64,000 bases of DNA from Escherichia coli (GCF_048403405.1 NZ_CP183129.1); one strand, 5' to 3'; counted from the first letter of the stretch, positions 47,109 through 58,826 are shown. Made by a program: numbers and translations. The notes: a model not told the origin generated them from the letters alone.

Positions 47109-47701
47109 AACACCTTCGCGAAATAGCCCGGGATGGTGGTTTTATCTTTCACCAGAATGCTGGTAATGCCTAGCTGATTAGCTCCTTCTATATTATCGGC
47201 GTTATCGTCGAAAAAGACCGTATCGCTGGGTGAAAAACCTTCCGCCTGCAAAACATGCTGGTAAATTCGTGCTTCAGGTTTGCGCATCCCCAGATCTTGC
47301 GACAGATAGATATGGTCAGCAGCATCACGAATTTCCGGGTATTCTTCCGGCCAGAAGGTGGTATGCAGGCGGTTGGTATTGGAAAGCACCACCACGCGAT
47401 GCCCCTGCTCACGCAGTTTATGCATGATGGCGATCACTTCCGGGCGCAGCGCAACAAACACCGCCTGCCAGCCGTGAGAGAACTGCTCATAGCTTAGCGG
47501 TAGAGCCATCTCATGACACAGCGCCTCTGCGAACGCTTCGTCGCTAATTTCCCCACGCTCATGCTGATGAAACGCCTCGCCCATGTGGAAACTCTTCTTA
47601 AGCGTAGCCAGTGGAACACGCGTTAAATCGCTCCAGGCTCCCAGCACACGGTTAAAGTCGATATCGACAATCACATTACCTAAATCAAAGATATAGAGCA
47701 T
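47102..47701 (-). CDS. yihX: HAD-family alpha-D-glucose-1-phosphate phosphatase YihX (199 aa)
   Basis: Translation from [16 protein letters not shown] (DxD HAD motif I); ATG at 47701. Confidence 0.92.
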
Positions 47702-47799
47702 TTTTGCCTCCTTTCGCGCCACAAGAAATTAACTGTAGCGGGAAAGGATAGGTTTGGCTATGTGGTCAGGTATGAAGCAAGGTCAACGGTCACAAAATT

Positions 47800-48585
47800 C
47801 TACGCGTCTTCCTGGGGAAGGATGATTTCAATTTGGCTGTCTTGTAAGCGTGATTTTAGCGCAGCGGGCGGCAGCTCGTCGGTAAAGAGCGCGGTAACCT
47901 GTGCCACGTTACCAATTTCAACCGCCGCCGAAGCATGATACTTAGTGTGATCGGCGACCAGCAGGATATTTCTCGCGTGCGCCATCATCGTTTTCACCAC
48001 GTTAGCTTCGTTAACATCAAACTCCATCAACGCGCCATCGCTCTCAATCGCCCCAACGCTTGTTACCAGATAATCAGCACGAAAATCAGCCACAAAGGAC
48101 GCCGCTGAAGGGCCAATGATCCCGCTATTATGAGAGCGCAACGTACCGCCGGGCACCATCACTTCAAAGCGCGGGTTGTGGTAAAGAATATGCGCCACAC
48201 GCAGGCTGTTGGTGATTATCCGCAAATGATTGTGGTTAAGTAACGCCCGGGCAACATGCTCAACGGTCGTACCAATGGTGATAAATATTGTTGAACCATC
48301 AGGAATATAATCTGCCACCGCTTCGGCAATCGCTTTTTTTTCTTCGGTTTGCGAAACCTCACGCTGCTCGAACGCCGTATTAACGACGCTGGAAGCCCGA
48401 CCCGCGCCACCGTGATGGCGCGTAATCAGTCCTTGCTCGCTTAATTTACGAATATCCCGGCGGACCGTCTGCGTGGAGACATCCAGCAGATTTGCCAGCT
48501 CATCAATATTCATATACCCACGCTCGGCGATCAGCATGAGGAGTTGGTCGTGCCGCGGGTTACCGGTTAGTTCGGTAAGGCTCAT
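47800..48585 (-). CDS. yihW: DeoR-family repressor of sulfoquinovose catabolism YihW/CsqR (261 aa)
   Basis: N-terminal HTH (MNIDELANLLDVSTQTVRRDIRKL) plus DeoR C-terminal sugar-binding domain. Confidence 0.93.
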   Translation of the reverse strand: MSLTELTGNPRHDQLLMLIAERGYMNIDELANLLDVSTQTVRRDIRKLSEQGLITRHHGGAGRASSVVNTAFEQREVSQTEEKKAIAEAVADYIPDGSTIFITIGTTVEHVARALLNHNHLRIITNSLRVAHILYHNPRFEVMVPGGTLRSHNSGIIGPSAASFVADFRADYLVTSVGAIESDGALMEFDVNEANVVKTMMAHARNILLVADHTKYHASAAVEIGNVAQVTALFTDELPPAALKSRLQDSQIEIILPQEDA

Positions 48586-48618
48586 GAAAATTCCTCGAAA
48601 AACCATCACCCGGGCATT

Positions 48619-49515
48619 TTATACAAAAAGTGACAAAAAAGATCGGGTTTGATCACAGTCAGGGATCCCGGCTCGTCCACCGGGACGCGTGCATTTTAAC
48701 GCCGCCACACCGCTGGCGAAGCGAACTGACTCCGCTAAATTCCCACCGGTTGCCAATGCCACCGCCAGCGCACCGTGAAAAACATCGCCCGCACCGGTGG
48801 TATCTACCACATCAACTTTGAAAGCCGGTTGATGTTGACGCCCGCCATTTTCCAGCCAGTCGCAGCCGGCACTCCCCTGGGTCACATAGACATGACCATT
48901 TGTGAGCGTTTGTGCCTGTTTTAGCGCACTGGCCATCTCTTTCACGCCCGTTAAGCGCGCCAGACCCGGTTCTGAAAAGGCCGCGTGATCGCTTAATGCC
49001 ACCAGCTCGCTGATATCCTGCGGCGTAATGTCCCCGTCCAGAACGGTCATCACGCCCGCCTGCCGGGCCAGGGTAAAGGCTTTTTTAGCGCCGTCGTGCC
49101 AGCGCACATCTGCCAGCACAACGTCCCACTGAGAGAAATCAATTTTCTCCAACCACTCTGCGTCAGGCAGCAGATCCGGGCTGGGGTAGTTAATGATTAT
49201 CCGCTCGCCTTTGGCATCCACCATGATGGCGGATTGCGAAGATTTCGCCTGGTTATACCGTTTGGTGTAACGGGTGTTAACGCCCCAGGATTCCAGCTCT
49301 GCCAGCAGGCTGTTGCCCGTGTCGTCATCACCGACGCGACCAATAAAATCGACCTGCGCCCCCAGCCTTGCCGCCGCAACCGCTGCCGTCGCCGCTGGCC
49401 CGCCACCAACTTCCGTATAATTTCTCGCCACGTATTTACCGCTCTCCGTCGGTAATCCTTCCACGTAATAAATACGATCCATCACGGTAATACCTACACA
49501 AGCAACACGAATCAT
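48619..49515 (-). CDS. yihV: 6-deoxy-6-sulfofructose kinase YihV (PfkB family, 298 aa)
   Basis: Ribokinase/PfkB family (GAGDVFHGAL motif); synteny. Confidence 0.93.
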   Translation of the reverse strand: MIRVACVGITVMDRIYYVEGLPTESGKYVARNYTEVGGGPAATAAVAAARLGAQVDFIGRVGDDDTGNSLLAELESWGVNTRYTKRYNQAKSSQSAIMVDAKGERIIINYPSPDLLPDAEWLEKIDFSQWDVVLADVRWHDGAKKAFTLARQAGVMTVLDGDITPQDISELVALSDHAAFSEPGLARLTGVKEMASALKQAQTLTNGHVYVTQGSAGCDWLENGGRQHQPAFKVDVVDTTGAGDVFHGALAVALATGGNLAESVRFASGVAALKCTRPGGRAGIPDCDQTRSFLSLFV

Positions 49516-49682
49516 GGTCATTCCTTAAGCATTTTGGGATGCGTTCATTTTAATTTCACCAATTGTTTAAAAAGTGACGGCTGTCAATTTTTTGACGATA
49601 AATTACAAATACGATCAAAAACAGACAAGCAAAGCATGTCATAAATGACAAAAAGTGACATCACTGTATTCAGGAGAGGGTT

Positions 49683-50579
49683 ATGGCAGCAATCGCGTTT
49701 ATCGGTTTAGGACAAATGGGTTCGCCAATGGCGAGCAATTTATTGCAGCAAGGGCATCAACTTCGCGTCTTTGATGTGAACGCCGAAGCTGTGCGGCATC
49801 TGGTAGACAAAGGTGCGACTCCCGCCGCCAACCCGGCGCAGGCCGCTAAAGATGCCGAATTTATCATTACCATGTTGCCGAATGGCGATCTGGTGCGCAG
49901 CGTGTTGTTCGGTGAAAACGGCGTTTGCGAAAGCTTATCTACCGATGCGCTGGTCATCGATATGTCGACCATCCACCCGCTGCAAACCGATAAATTGATT
50001 GCCGATATGCAAGCCAAAGGCTTCAGCATGATGGATGTTCCGGTAGGCCGTACTTCTGCAAATGCCATTACCGGTACTCTGTTACTGCTGGCTGGCGGCA
50101 CCGCTGAACAAGTTGAACGCGCCACACCGATCCTGATGGCGATGGGCAGTGAGTTGATCAACGCGGGCGGTCCGGGCATGGGGATCCGCGTTAAGCTCAT
50201 CAACAACTACATGAGCATCGCGCTCAATGCGCTTTCGGCAGAAGCCGCTGTTTTGTGCGAAGCCCTGAATCTTCCCTTCGATGTTGCCGTCAAGGTGATG
50301 AGCGGCACCGCCGCCGGTAAAGGCCACTTCACCACTTCCTGGCCAAACAAAGTCCTCAGCGGGGATCTTTCTCCCGCCTTCATGATCGATCTTGCCCATA
50401 AGGATCTTGGTATCGCCCTTGATGTCGCCAACCAGCTGCATGTGCCAATGCCGCTGGGGGCCGCCTCACGGGAGGTTTATAGCCAGGCGCGCGCAGCGGG
50501 TCGTGGTCGCCAGGACTGGTCCGCCATTCTGGAACAAGTCCGTGTCAGTGCCGGGATGACTGCCAAAGTAAAAATGTAA
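49683..50579 (+). CDS. yihU: 3-sulfolactaldehyde reductase YihU (298 aa)
   Basis: beta-hydroxyacid dehydrogenase family with N-terminal GxGxMG nucleotide fold ([14 protein letters not shown]). Confidence 0.93.
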   Translation: MAAIAFIGLGQMGSPMASNLLQQGHQLRVFDVNAEAVRHLVDKGATPAANPAQAAKDAEFIITMLPNGDLVRSVLFGENGVCESLSTDALVIDMSTIHPLQTDKLIADMQAKGFSMMDVPVGRTSANAITGTLLLLAGGTAEQVERATPILMAMGSELINAGGPGMGIRVKLINNYMSIALNALSAEAAVLCEALNLPFDVAVKVMSGTAAGKGHFTTSWPNKVLSGDLSPAFMIDLAHKDLGIALDVANQLHVPMPLGAASREVYSQARAAGRGRQDWSAILEQVRVSAGMTAKVKM

Positions 50580-50602
50580 CGACTGGATAAAGGAATAAAT
50601 GA

Positions 50603-51481
50603 ATGAATAAGTACACCATCAACGACATTACACGCGCATCGGGCGGTTTTGCCATGCTGGCGGTCGATCAACGCGAAGCCATGCGCATGATGTTTGCCGC
50701 GGCTGGGGCACCCGCTCCAGTAGCCGATAGCGTTTTAACTGATTTCAAAGTTAACGCTGCAAAGGCCCTCTCGCCTTATGCCTCGGCGATTCTGGTGGAT
50801 CAGCAATTCTGTTACCGCCAGGTGGTTGAGCAAAACGCGATTGCCAAAAGTTGCGCCATGATTGTCGCCGCCGATGAGTTCATTCCTGGCAACGGTATTC
50901 CGGTAGATAGCGTGGTCATTGACCGCAAAATCAATCCGCTACAAATCAAACAAGACGGTGGCAAAGCCTTAAAACTGCTGGTGCTGTGGCGTAGTGATGA
51001 AGATGCGCAGCAACGTCTGGATATGGTGAAAGAGTTTAACGAACTGTGCCACTCACACGGCCTGGTAAGCATTATTGAGCCAGTCGTCCGCCCACCACGT
51101 CGTGGCGATAAATTCGATCGCGAACAAGCGATCATCGATGCTGCCAAAGAGCTGGGCGACAGTGGCGCTGACCTCTACAAAGTTGAAATGCCGCTTTACG
51201 GTAAAGGTCCGCAACAAGAGCTTCTCAGTGCTTCACAACGTCTGAATGACCATATCAATATGCCGTGGGTGATCCTCTCATCCGGTGTCGACGAAAAACT
51301 GTTCCCGCGTGCCGTACGCGTGGCAATGACAGCGGGTGCATCGGGCTTCCTGGCTGGTCGTGCCGTCTGGGCATCGGTTGTCGGTTTACCAGACAACGAG
51401 CTGATGCTGCGTGACGTTTGCGCACCGAAATTACAACAACTTGGCGATATCGTCGACGAAATGATGGCTAAACGCCGTTAA
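50603..51481 (+). CDS. yihT: 6-deoxy-6-sulfofructose-1-phosphate aldolase YihT (292 aa)
   Basis: Class I aldolase (tagatose-bisphosphate aldolase-like) family; synteny. Confidence 0.93.
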   Translation: MNKYTINDITRASGGFAMLAVDQREAMRMMFAAAGAPAPVADSVLTDFKVNAAKALSPYASAILVDQQFCYRQVVEQNAIAKSCAMIVAADEFIPGNGIPVDSVVIDRKINPLQIKQDGGKALKLLVLWRSDEDAQQRLDMVKEFNELCHSHGLVSIIEPVVRPPRRGDKFDREQAIIDAAKELGDSGADLYKVEMPLYGKGPQQELLSASQRLNDHINMPWVILSSGVDEKLFPRAVRVAMTAGASGFLAGRAVWASVVGLPDNELMLRDVCAPKLQQLGDIVDEMMAKRR

Positions 51482-51496
51482 GATGGGGATACAAAA

Positions 51497-52738
51497 ATGA
51501 AATGGTTTAACACCTTAAGTCACAACCGTTGGCTGGAACAGGAAACCGATCGCATCTTTGATTTTGGTAAAAATTCCGTAGTACCGACCGGATTTGGCTG
51601 GTTAGGCAATAAAGGGCAAATCAAAGAAGAGATGGGCACCCATCTGTGGATCACAGCCCGTATGCTGCACGTTTATTCTGTTGCTGCGGCGATGGGTCGA
51701 CCTGGCGCTTACTCGTTGGTTGATCACGGTATCAAAGCGATGAACGGCGCGCTGCGCGATAAAAAATATGGCGGTTGGTATGCCTGCGTGAATGACGAGG
51801 GCGTAGTGGATGCCTCCAAACAGGGCTATCAACACTTCTTTGCTCTGCTGGGTGCTGCCAGCGCCGTCACTACCGGTCATCCGGAAGCGCGCAAGCTGCT
51901 CGATTACACCATTGAAATTATCGAGAAATACTTCTGGAGCGAAGAAGAGCAGATGTGCCTGGAGTCCTGGGACGAAGCCTTCAGCAAAACCGAAGAGTAC
52001 CGCGGCGGCAATGCCAATATGCACGCAGTGGAAGCTTTCTTAATTGTTTATGACGTCACGCATGACAAAAAATGGCTGGATCGCGCCATTCGCGTGGCTT
52101 CCGTGATTATCCACGATGTCGCCAGAAATAATCATTATCGCGTTAACGAGCACTTCGATACCCAGTGGAATCCGCTGCCGGATTACAACAAAGATAACCC
52201 GGCGCACCGCTTCCGCGCGTTCGGAGGTACTCCGGGCCACTGGATCGAATGGGGCCGTTTAATGCTGCACATCCACGCTGCCCTGGAAGCCCGCTGCGAA
52301 CAGCCGCCTGCCTGGCTGCTAGAAGATGCCAAAGGTCTGTTTAACGCCACCGTGCGCGATGCCTGGGCACCCGATGGCGCGGACGGGATTGTTTATACCG
52401 TTGACTGGGAAGGAAAACCGGTGGTCCGCGAACGTGTACGTTGGCCTATCGTCGAAGCGATGGGTACGGCTTACGCGCTCTACACCGTCACCGGCGATCG
52501 CCAGTACGAAACCTGGTATCAGACATGGTGGGACTACTGCATTAAGTACCTGATGGACTATGAAAATGGTTCATGGTGGCAGGAGCTGGACGCGGATAAT
52601 AAAGTCACCACCAAAGTCTGGGACGGTAAACAGGATATTTATCACCTGCTGCATTGCCTGGTGATCCCGCGTATCCCGTTAGCCCCTGGTCTGGCTCCGG
52701 CTGTTGCCGCAGGCCTGCTGGACGTTAACGCGAAATAA
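51497..52738 (+). CDS. yihS: Sulfoquinovose isomerase YihS (413 aa)
   Basis: N-acylglucosamine 2-epimerase-like (alpha/alpha)6 family; synteny. Confidence 0.93.
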   Translation: MKWFNTLSHNRWLEQETDRIFDFGKNSVVPTGFGWLGNKGQIKEEMGTHLWITARMLHVYSVAAAMGRPGAYSLVDHGIKAMNGALRDKKYGGWYACVNDEGVVDASKQGYQHFFALLGAASAVTTGHPEARKLLDYTIEIIEKYFWSEEEQMCLESWDEAFSKTEEYRGGNANMHAVEAFLIVYDVTHDKKWLDRAIRVASVIIHDVARNNHYRVNEHFDTQWNPLPDYNKDNPAHRFRAFGGTPGHWIEWGRLMLHIHAALEARCEQPPAWLLEDAKGLFNATVRDAWAPDGADGIVYTVDWEGKPVVRERVRWPIVEAMGTAYALYTVTGDRQYETWYQTWWDYCIKYLMDYENGSWWQELDADNKVTTKVWDGKQDIYHLLHCLVIPRIPLAPGLAPAVAAGLLDVNAK

Positions 52739-52796
52739 CTGAGCTGAAATAACGGCATATCAGGCTACATGCCGGGTATGTCGTTATTCAATATAG

Positions 52797-53708
52797 GTGC
52801 CTCGTATGCAAATCACCAACATGCATTGCAGTGGACAAACCGTTTCACTTGCCGCGGGGGATTATCACGCGACTATCGTGACGGTTGGTGCTGGTCTGGC
52901 TGAATTAACTTTTCAGGGTTGTCATTTAGTCATCCCACACAAACCCGAAGAGATGCCGCTGGCGCATCTGGGTAAAGTGCTTATTCCGTGGCCGAACCGG
53001 ATCGCCAACGGCTGTTATCGCTATCAGGGGCAGGACTATCAGTTACCCATTAATGAACATAGTTCAAAAGCCGCTATTCACGGGCTGCTTGCCTGGCGTG
53101 ACTGGCAAATTAGCGAATTAACCGCCACCAGCGTTACCCTGACAGCTTTTCTGCCGCCCAGTTACGGCTATCCGTTTATGCTGGCTTCACAAGTTGTTTA
53201 TTCGCTCAATGCACGCACGGGTCTTTCCGTTGAGATCGCAAGCCAGAATATTGGTACTGTGACCGCACCTTATGGTGTGGGTATTCATCCTTATTTAACC
53301 TGCAACTTAACATCTGTTGATGACTATCTTTTCCAGCTTCCGGCAGAACAGGTTTATGCCGTCGATGAGCACGCAAATCCGACAACGCTTCACCACGTTG
53401 ATGAGTTGGATTTAAATTTCACGCAGGCGAAAAAAATAGCCGCGACAAAAATCGACCACACCTTTAAAACCGCTAATGATCTGTGGGAAATGACCATTAC
53501 CCATCCACAGCATTTGCTTTCGGTGAGCCTCTGTTCCGATCAACCCTGGGTGCAGGTTTATAGCGGTGAAAAATTACAGCGTCAGGGACTGGCAGTTGAA
53601 CCTATGAGTTGCCCGCCTGATGCGTTTAATTCCGGCACCGATTTAATATTACTGCAACCCGGAAAAACACACCGCCTGTTTTTTAATATTTACGGACAGA
53701 GAAAATAA
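52797..53708 (+). CDS. yihR: Aldose-1-epimerase-family protein YihR (mutarotase-like; about 300-303 aa, start uncertain between GTG 52797 and ATG 52806)
   Basis: Galactose mutarotase-like family; an in-frame TAG immediately precedes 52797. Confidence 0.88.
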   Translation: MPRMQITNMHCSGQTVSLAAGDYHATIVTVGAGLAELTFQGCHLVIPHKPEEMPLAHLGKVLIPWPNRIANGCYRYQGQDYQLPINEHSSKAAIHGLLAWRDWQISELTATSVTLTAFLPPSYGYPFMLASQVVYSLNARTGLSVEIASQNIGTVTAPYGVGIHPYLTCNLTSVDDYLFQLPAEQVYAVDEHANPTTLHHVDELDLNFTQAKKIAATKIDHTFKTANDLWEMTITHPQHLLSVSLCSDQPWVQVYSGEKLQRQGLAVEPMSCPPDAFNSGTDLILLQPGKTHRLFFNIYGQRK

Positions 53709-53912
53709 CTTGTATTGATTAGCAGTCAAAATCATTGAAGAACATTTCACTCGCTAAAGGCAACGTTATGTATCATCAATTTATTAAGTTAAAAACAGCT
53801 CAGCTTCTTTAAAGTTTATATATATCAGTTTTATGAGAATCATTTTACATAAGCCTGTAATAACAATAACAGGAAGGAAACAACCTCGTTCTCAACTCTA
53901 TGGAGATTATTT

Positions 53913-55949
53913 ATGGATACGCCACGCCCACAGTTATTAGATTTTCAATTTCATCAGAATAACGACAGTCTTACCCTACGTTTTCAGGGCCGTCTTATTT
54001 TAACCCATAGTAAAGATAATCCTTGTTTATGGATTGGTTCAGGTATTGCGGATATCGATATGTTCCGCGGCAATTTCAGCATTAAAGATAAATTGCAGGA
54101 GAAGATTGCGCTCACCGACGCTACCGTCAGCCAGTCACCGGATGGCTGGTTAATCCATTTCAGCCGTGGTTCTGACATTAGCGCCACGCTGCGTATCTCT
54201 GCCGACGAACAGGGCCGTTTATTGCTGGAACTACAAAACGACAACCTTAACCACAACCGTATCTGGCTGCGCCTTGCCGCTCAACCAGAGGACCATATCT
54301 ACGGCTGCGGTGAACAATTCTCCTACTTTGATCTGCGCGGCAAACCGTTCCCGCTATGGACCAGTGAACAAGGCGTTGGTCGCAACAAGCAAACCTATGT
54401 CACCTGGCAGGCCGACTGCAAAGAGAACGCGGGCGGCGACTATTACTGGACTTTCTTCCCACAGCCTACGTTTGTCAGCACGCAGAAGTATTACTGCCAT
54501 GTTGATAACAGTTGCTACATGAACTTCGACTTTAGCGCCCCGGAATACCATGAACTGGCGCTGTGGGAAGACAAAGCAACGCTGCGTTTTGAATGTGCTG
54601 ATACATACATCTCCCTGCTGGAAAAATTAACTGCCCTGCTGGGACGCCAGCCAGAACTGCCCGACTGGATTTATGACGGGGTAACGCTCGGCATTCAGGG
54701 CGGGACGGAAGTGTGTCAGAAGAAACTGGACACCATGCGTAACGCGGGTGTGAAGGTTAACGGCATCTGGGCGCAGGACTGGTCCGGGATCCGTATGACC
54801 TCTTTTGGCAAACGCGTAATGTGGAACTGGAAGTGGAACAGCGAAAACTATCCGCAACTGGACTCACGTATTAAGCAGTGGAACAAAGAGGGCGTGCAGT
54901 TCCTGGCCTATATCAACCCGTATGTAGCCAGCGATAAAGATCTCTGCGAAGAGGCGGCAAAGCGCGGTTATCTGGCAAAAGATGCCTCTGGCGGCGACTA
55001 TCTGGTGGAGTTTGGCGAGTTCTATGGCGGCGTTGTCGATCTCACCAATCCAGAAGCCTACGCCTGGTTCAAGGAAGTGATCAAAAAGAACATGATTGAA
55101 CTTGGCTGCGGCGGCTGGATGGCTGACTTCGGCGAGTATCTGCCCACCGACACGTACCTGCATAACGGCGTCAGCGCGGAGATTATGCATAACGCCTGGC
55201 CTGCGCTGTGGGCGAAATGTAACTACGAAGCCCTTGAAGAAACGGGCAAGCTCGGCGAGATCCTTTTCTTTATGCGCGCCGGTTCTACCGGTAGCCAGAA
55301 ATACTCCACCATGATGTGGGCGGGTGACCAGAACGTCGACTGGAGTCTGGACGATGGCCTGGCGTCGGTTGTCCCGGCGGCGCTGTCGCTGGCAATGACC
55401 GGACATGGCCTGCATCACAGCGACATTGGCGGTTACACAACCCTGTTTGAGATGAAGCGCAGCAAAGAGCTGCTACTGCGCTGGTGTGATTTCAGCGCCT
55501 TCACGCCGATGATGCGCACCCACGAAGGCAACCGTCCGGGCGACAACTGGCAGTTTGACGGCGACGCGGAAACTATCGCCCATTTTGCCCGTATGACCAC
55601 CGTCTTCACCACCCTGAAACCTTACCTGAAAGAGGCCGTCGCGCTGAATGCGAAGTCCGGTCTGCCGGTCATGCGCCCGCTGTTCCTGCATTACGAAGAC
55701 GATGCGCACACTTACACCCTGAAATATCAGTACCTGTTAGGTCGCGACATTCTGGTCGCTCCGGTGCATGAAGAAGGCCGTAGCGACTGGACGCTCTATC
55801 TGCCGGAGGATAACTGGGTCCATGCCTGGACGGGTGAAGCATTCCGGGGCGGGGAAGTGACCGTTAATGCGCCCATCGGCAAGCCGCCGGTCTTTTATCG
55901 CGCCGATAGCGAATGGGCGGCACTGTTCGCGTCGTTAAAAAGCATCTAA
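53913..55949 (+). CDS. yihQ: Sulfoquinovosidase YihQ (GH31 family, 678 aa)
   Basis: GH31 alpha-glucosidase family signatures (WNDMNE-like GIWAQDWSG, catalytic Asp region); synteny. Confidence 0.94.
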   Translation: MDTPRPQLLDFQFHQNNDSLTLRFQGRLILTHSKDNPCLWIGSGIADIDMFRGNFSIKDKLQEKIALTDATVSQSPDGWLIHFSRGSDISATLRISADEQGRLLLELQNDNLNHNRIWLRLAAQPEDHIYGCGEQFSYFDLRGKPFPLWTSEQGVGRNKQTYVTWQADCKENAGGDYYWTFFPQPTFVSTQKYYCHVDNSCYMNFDFSAPEYHELALWEDKATLRFECADTYISLLEKLTALLGRQPELPDWIYDGVTLGIQGGTEVCQKKLDTMRNAGVKVNGIWAQDWSGIRMTSFGKRVMWNWKWNSENYPQLDSRIKQWNKEGVQFLAYINPYVASDKDLCEEAAKRGYLAKDASGGDYLVEFGEFYGGVVDLTNPEAYAWFKEVIKKNMIELGCGGWMADFGEYLPTDTYLHNGVSAEIMHNAWPALWAKCNYEALEETGKLGEILFFMRAGSTGSQKYSTMMWAGDQNVDWSLDDGLASVVPAALSLAMTGHGLHHSDIGGYTTLFEMKRSKELLLRWCDFSAFTPMMRTHEGNRPGDNWQFDGDAETIAHFARMTTVFTTLKPYLKEAVALNAKSGLPVMRPLFLHYEDDAHTYTLKYQYLLGRDILVAPVHEEGRSDWTLYLPEDNWVHAWTGEAFRGGEVTVNAPIGKPPVFYRADSEWAALFASLKSI

Positions 55950-55994
55950 TCACATCCGCCCGTGGGGAAACTCATGGGCAAAGGGAGAACATCG

Positions 55995-57380
55995 ATGAGT
56001 CACATCACAACGGAAGATCCAGCAACTTTACGCCTGCCCTTTAAAGAGAAACTCTCTTACGGTATCGGCGATCTGGCCTCTAACATCCTGCTGGATATTG
56101 GTACGCTTTATCTTTTGAAGTTTTATACCGACGTTCTGGGGCTGCCCGGCACCTATGGCGGCATTATCTTTTTGATCTCGAAATTCTTTACCGCCTTTAC
56201 CGATATGGGAACCGGCATCATGTTGGATTCCCGACGCAAGATCGGTCCAAAAGGTAAATTCCGTCCTTTTATTCTGTATGCGTCATTCCCGGTTACCTTA
56301 CTGGCGATCGCCAACTTTATCGGTACGCCGTTCGATGTCACCGGTAAAACGGTGATGGCAACTATCCTGTTTATGCTTTATGGACTGTTTTTCAGCATGA
56401 TGAACTGTTCCTACGGCGCAATGGTGCCTGCCATCACCAAAAACCCCAACGAGCGCGCCTCACTGGCGGCATGGCGTCAGGGCGGCGCTACGCTGGGCCT
56501 GCTGCTGTGTACGGTGGGATTCGTACCAGTGATGAATCTTATCGAGGGGAATCAGAAACTTGGCTATATCTTCGCCGCCACGCTGTTTTCACTGTTCGGC
56601 CTGCTGTTTATGTGGATCTGCTACTCGGGCGTGAAAGAGCGTTATGTCGAAACCCAACCTGCTAATCCGGCGCAAAAGCCTGGCCTGTTGCAATCTTTCC
56701 GCGCAATTGCCGGTAACCGCCCGCTGTTCATTCTGTGTATTGCTAACCTCTGCACCTTAGGGGCGTTTAACGTCAAGCTCGCCATTCAGGTTTATTACAC
56801 CCAGTACGTGCTTAACGATCCCATCCTGTTGTCATATATGGGATTTTTCAGCATGGGCTGTATTTTCATCGGCGTGTTCCTGATGCCCGGCGCAGTCAGA
56901 CGTTTTGGTAAGAAGAAGGTCTATATCGGCGGCCTGCTGATTTGGGTGCTTGGCGATCTGCTCAACTATTTCTTTGGCGGCGGTTCGGTCAGCTTCGTGG
57001 CGTTCTCCTGCCTGGCATTCTTCGGCTCAGCGTTTGTTAACAGCCTGAACTGGGCGCTGGTTTCCGACACCGTGGAATATGGCGAATGGCGCACCGGCGT
57101 GCGTTCGGAAGGGACGGTCTACACCGGTTTCACCTTCTTTCGCAAAGTTTCTCAGGCGCTGGCTGGTTTCTTCCCCGGCTGGATGCTGACGCAAATCGGC
57201 TATGTGCCGAACGTCGCACAGGCTGACCACACTATTGAAGGGTTGCGCCAGCTGATCTTCATCTACCCAAGCGCACTGGCAGTAGTCACCATTGTGGCGA
57301 TGGGTTGCTTCTACAGTCTGAACGAGAAGATGTACGTCCGCATTGTTGAAGAGATAGAAGCCCGTAAACGCACGGCGTAA
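55995..57380 (+). CDS. yihP: GPH-family transporter YihP (461 aa)
   Basis: 12-TM glycoside-pentoside-hexuronide:cation symporter family; ATG at 55995 with SD AAGGGAG. Confidence 0.9.
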   Translation: MSHITTEDPATLRLPFKEKLSYGIGDLASNILLDIGTLYLLKFYTDVLGLPGTYGGIIFLISKFFTAFTDMGTGIMLDSRRKIGPKGKFRPFILYASFPVTLLAIANFIGTPFDVTGKTVMATILFMLYGLFFSMMNCSYGAMVPAITKNPNERASLAAWRQGGATLGLLLCTVGFVPVMNLIEGNQKLGYIFAATLFSLFGLLFMWICYSGVKERYVETQPANPAQKPGLLQSFRAIAGNRPLFILCIANLCTLGAFNVKLAIQVYYTQYVLNDPILLSYMGFFSMGCIFIGVFLMPGAVRRFGKKKVYIGGLLIWVLGDLLNYFFGGGSVSFVAFSCLAFFGSAFVNSLNWALVSDTVEYGEWRTGVRSEGTVYTGFTFFRKVSQALAGFFPGWMLTQIGYVPNVAQADHTIEGLRQLIFIYPSALAVVTIVAMGCFYSLNEKMYVRIVEEIEARKRTA

Positions 57381-57391
57381 TTATAATAAAC

Positions 57392-57409
57392 AACGCCCTG
57401 CGGGGCGTT
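57392..57409 (+). other. Intercistronic stem-loop between yihP and yihO
   Basis: AACGCCC-TGCG-GGGCGTT hairpin directly before the yihO SD; no T-run. Confidence 0.35.
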
Positions 57410-57422
57410 ATAAGGAGTGATT

Positions 57423-58826
57423 ATGTCTGACCATAATCCACTGACATTAAGACTGAATCTGCGGGAAAAAATCGCCTATGGTATGGGCGACGTCGGTTCG
57501 AATTTAATGCTCTGCATCGGTACTCTGTATCTCCTCAAATTTTATACCGATGAATTAGGGATGCCTGCTTACTATGGCGGGATTATCTTTCTGGTGGCGA
57601 AGTTTTTTACCGCGTTTACCGATATGCTCACCGGATTTTTACTCGATTCGCGGAAAAATATTGGGCCTAAAGGAAAGTTCAGGCCGTTTATTTTATACGC
57701 AGCGGTTCCGGCGGCGTTAATTGCAACGCTCCAGTTTATCGCCACCACTTTTAGTTTGCCGGTTAAAACGACGATTGCCACCGCACTGTTTATGATGTTT
57801 GGGCTTTCATACAGTCTGATGAACTGCTCGTATGGCGCGATGATCCCGGCCATTACCAAAAACCCGAATGAGCGCGCGCAGCTCGCGGCTTACCGCCAGG
57901 GTGGTGCAACCATAGGGCTATTGATTTGTACCGTGGCGTTTATTCCGTTGCAGTCGCTTTTTTCTGACTCCACCGTCGGTTATGCCTGCGCGGCACTGAT
58001 GTTCTCCATTGGTGGCTTTATTTTTATGATGCTGTGCTACAGAGGCGTCAAAGAGCATTATGTGGACACAGCGCCAACCGGACATAAAGCCAATATTCTC
58101 AAATCTTTTTGCGCAATATTTCGAAATCCGCCATTGCTGGTTTTATGCATTGCTAACCTGTGTACTCTGGCGGCATTTAATATCAAACTGGCGATTCAGG
58201 TCTATTACACCCAGTATGTGCTGAATGATATTAATTTATTATCGTGGATGGGATTTTTCAGTATGGGATGTATCCTCGTCGGCGTATTACTGGTGCCATT
58301 AACTGTAAAATGTTTTGGTAAAAAACAGGTTTATTTAGCTGGCATGGTGCTATGGGCGGTTGGTGATATCCTGAATTATTTCTGGGGAAGTAACTCTTTC
58401 ACTTTCGTCATGTTCTCTTGTGTCGCCTTTTTTGGCACGGCCTTTGTGAACAGCCTGAACTGGGCACTGGTGCCAGATACCGTAGATTACGGTGAATGGA
58501 AAACCGGTATTCGTGCCGAAGGTTCTGTTTATACCGGTTATACCTTCTTTCGTAAAATTTCTGCCGCACTTGCTGGCTTCTTGCCAGGCATTATGCTGAC
58601 GCAAATCGGTTATGTTCCCAACATCGCGCAAAGTGATGCGACATTACAGGGTTTGCGTCAGCTCATTTTTATCTGGCCTTGTGCACTGGCAATTATTGCT
58701 GCATTGACGATGGGATTCTTTTACACACTCAATGAAAAACGGTTTGCATTGATTATTGAGGAAATCAACCAACGCAAAAATAAAGAGATGGCGACAGAAG
58801 AAAAAACGGCTTCCGTAACGTTATAA
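57423..58826 (+). CDS. yihO: Sulfoquinovose transporter YihO (GPH family, 467 aa)
   Basis: Paralog of YihP; ATG at 57423 with SD AAGGAG. Confidence 0.92.
   Translation: MSDHNPLTLRLNLREKIAYGMGDVGSNLMLCIGTLYLLKFYTDELGMPAYYGGIIFLVAKFFTAFTDMLTGFLLDSRKNIGPKGKFRPFILYAAVPAALIATLQFIATTFSLPVKTTIATALFMMFGLSYSLMNCSYGAMIPAITKNPNERAQLAAYRQGGATIGLLICTVAFIPLQSLFSDSTVGYACAALMFSIGGFIFMMLCYRGVKEHYVDTAPTGHKANILKSFCAIFRNPPLLVLCIANLCTLAAFNIKLAIQVYYTQYVLNDINLLSWMGFFSMGCILVGVLLVPLTVKCFGKKQVYLAGMVLWAVGDILNYFWGSNSFTFVMFSCVAFFGTAFVNSLNWALVPDTVDYGEWKTGIRAEGSVYTGYTFFRKISAALAGFLPGIMLTQIGYVPNIAQSDATLQGLRQLIFIWPCALAIIAALTMGFFYTLNEKRFALIIEEINQRKNKEMATEEKTASVTL

Noticed and set aside
52782-52806. Possible N-terminal truncation of yihR (about 300-303 aa here versus 308 aa recalled for K-12)
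   Set aside because: The difference is small and my recalled K-12 length is uncertain; an in-frame TAG directly upstream caps the ORF, so I list the gene with an uncertain start rather than calling a lesion
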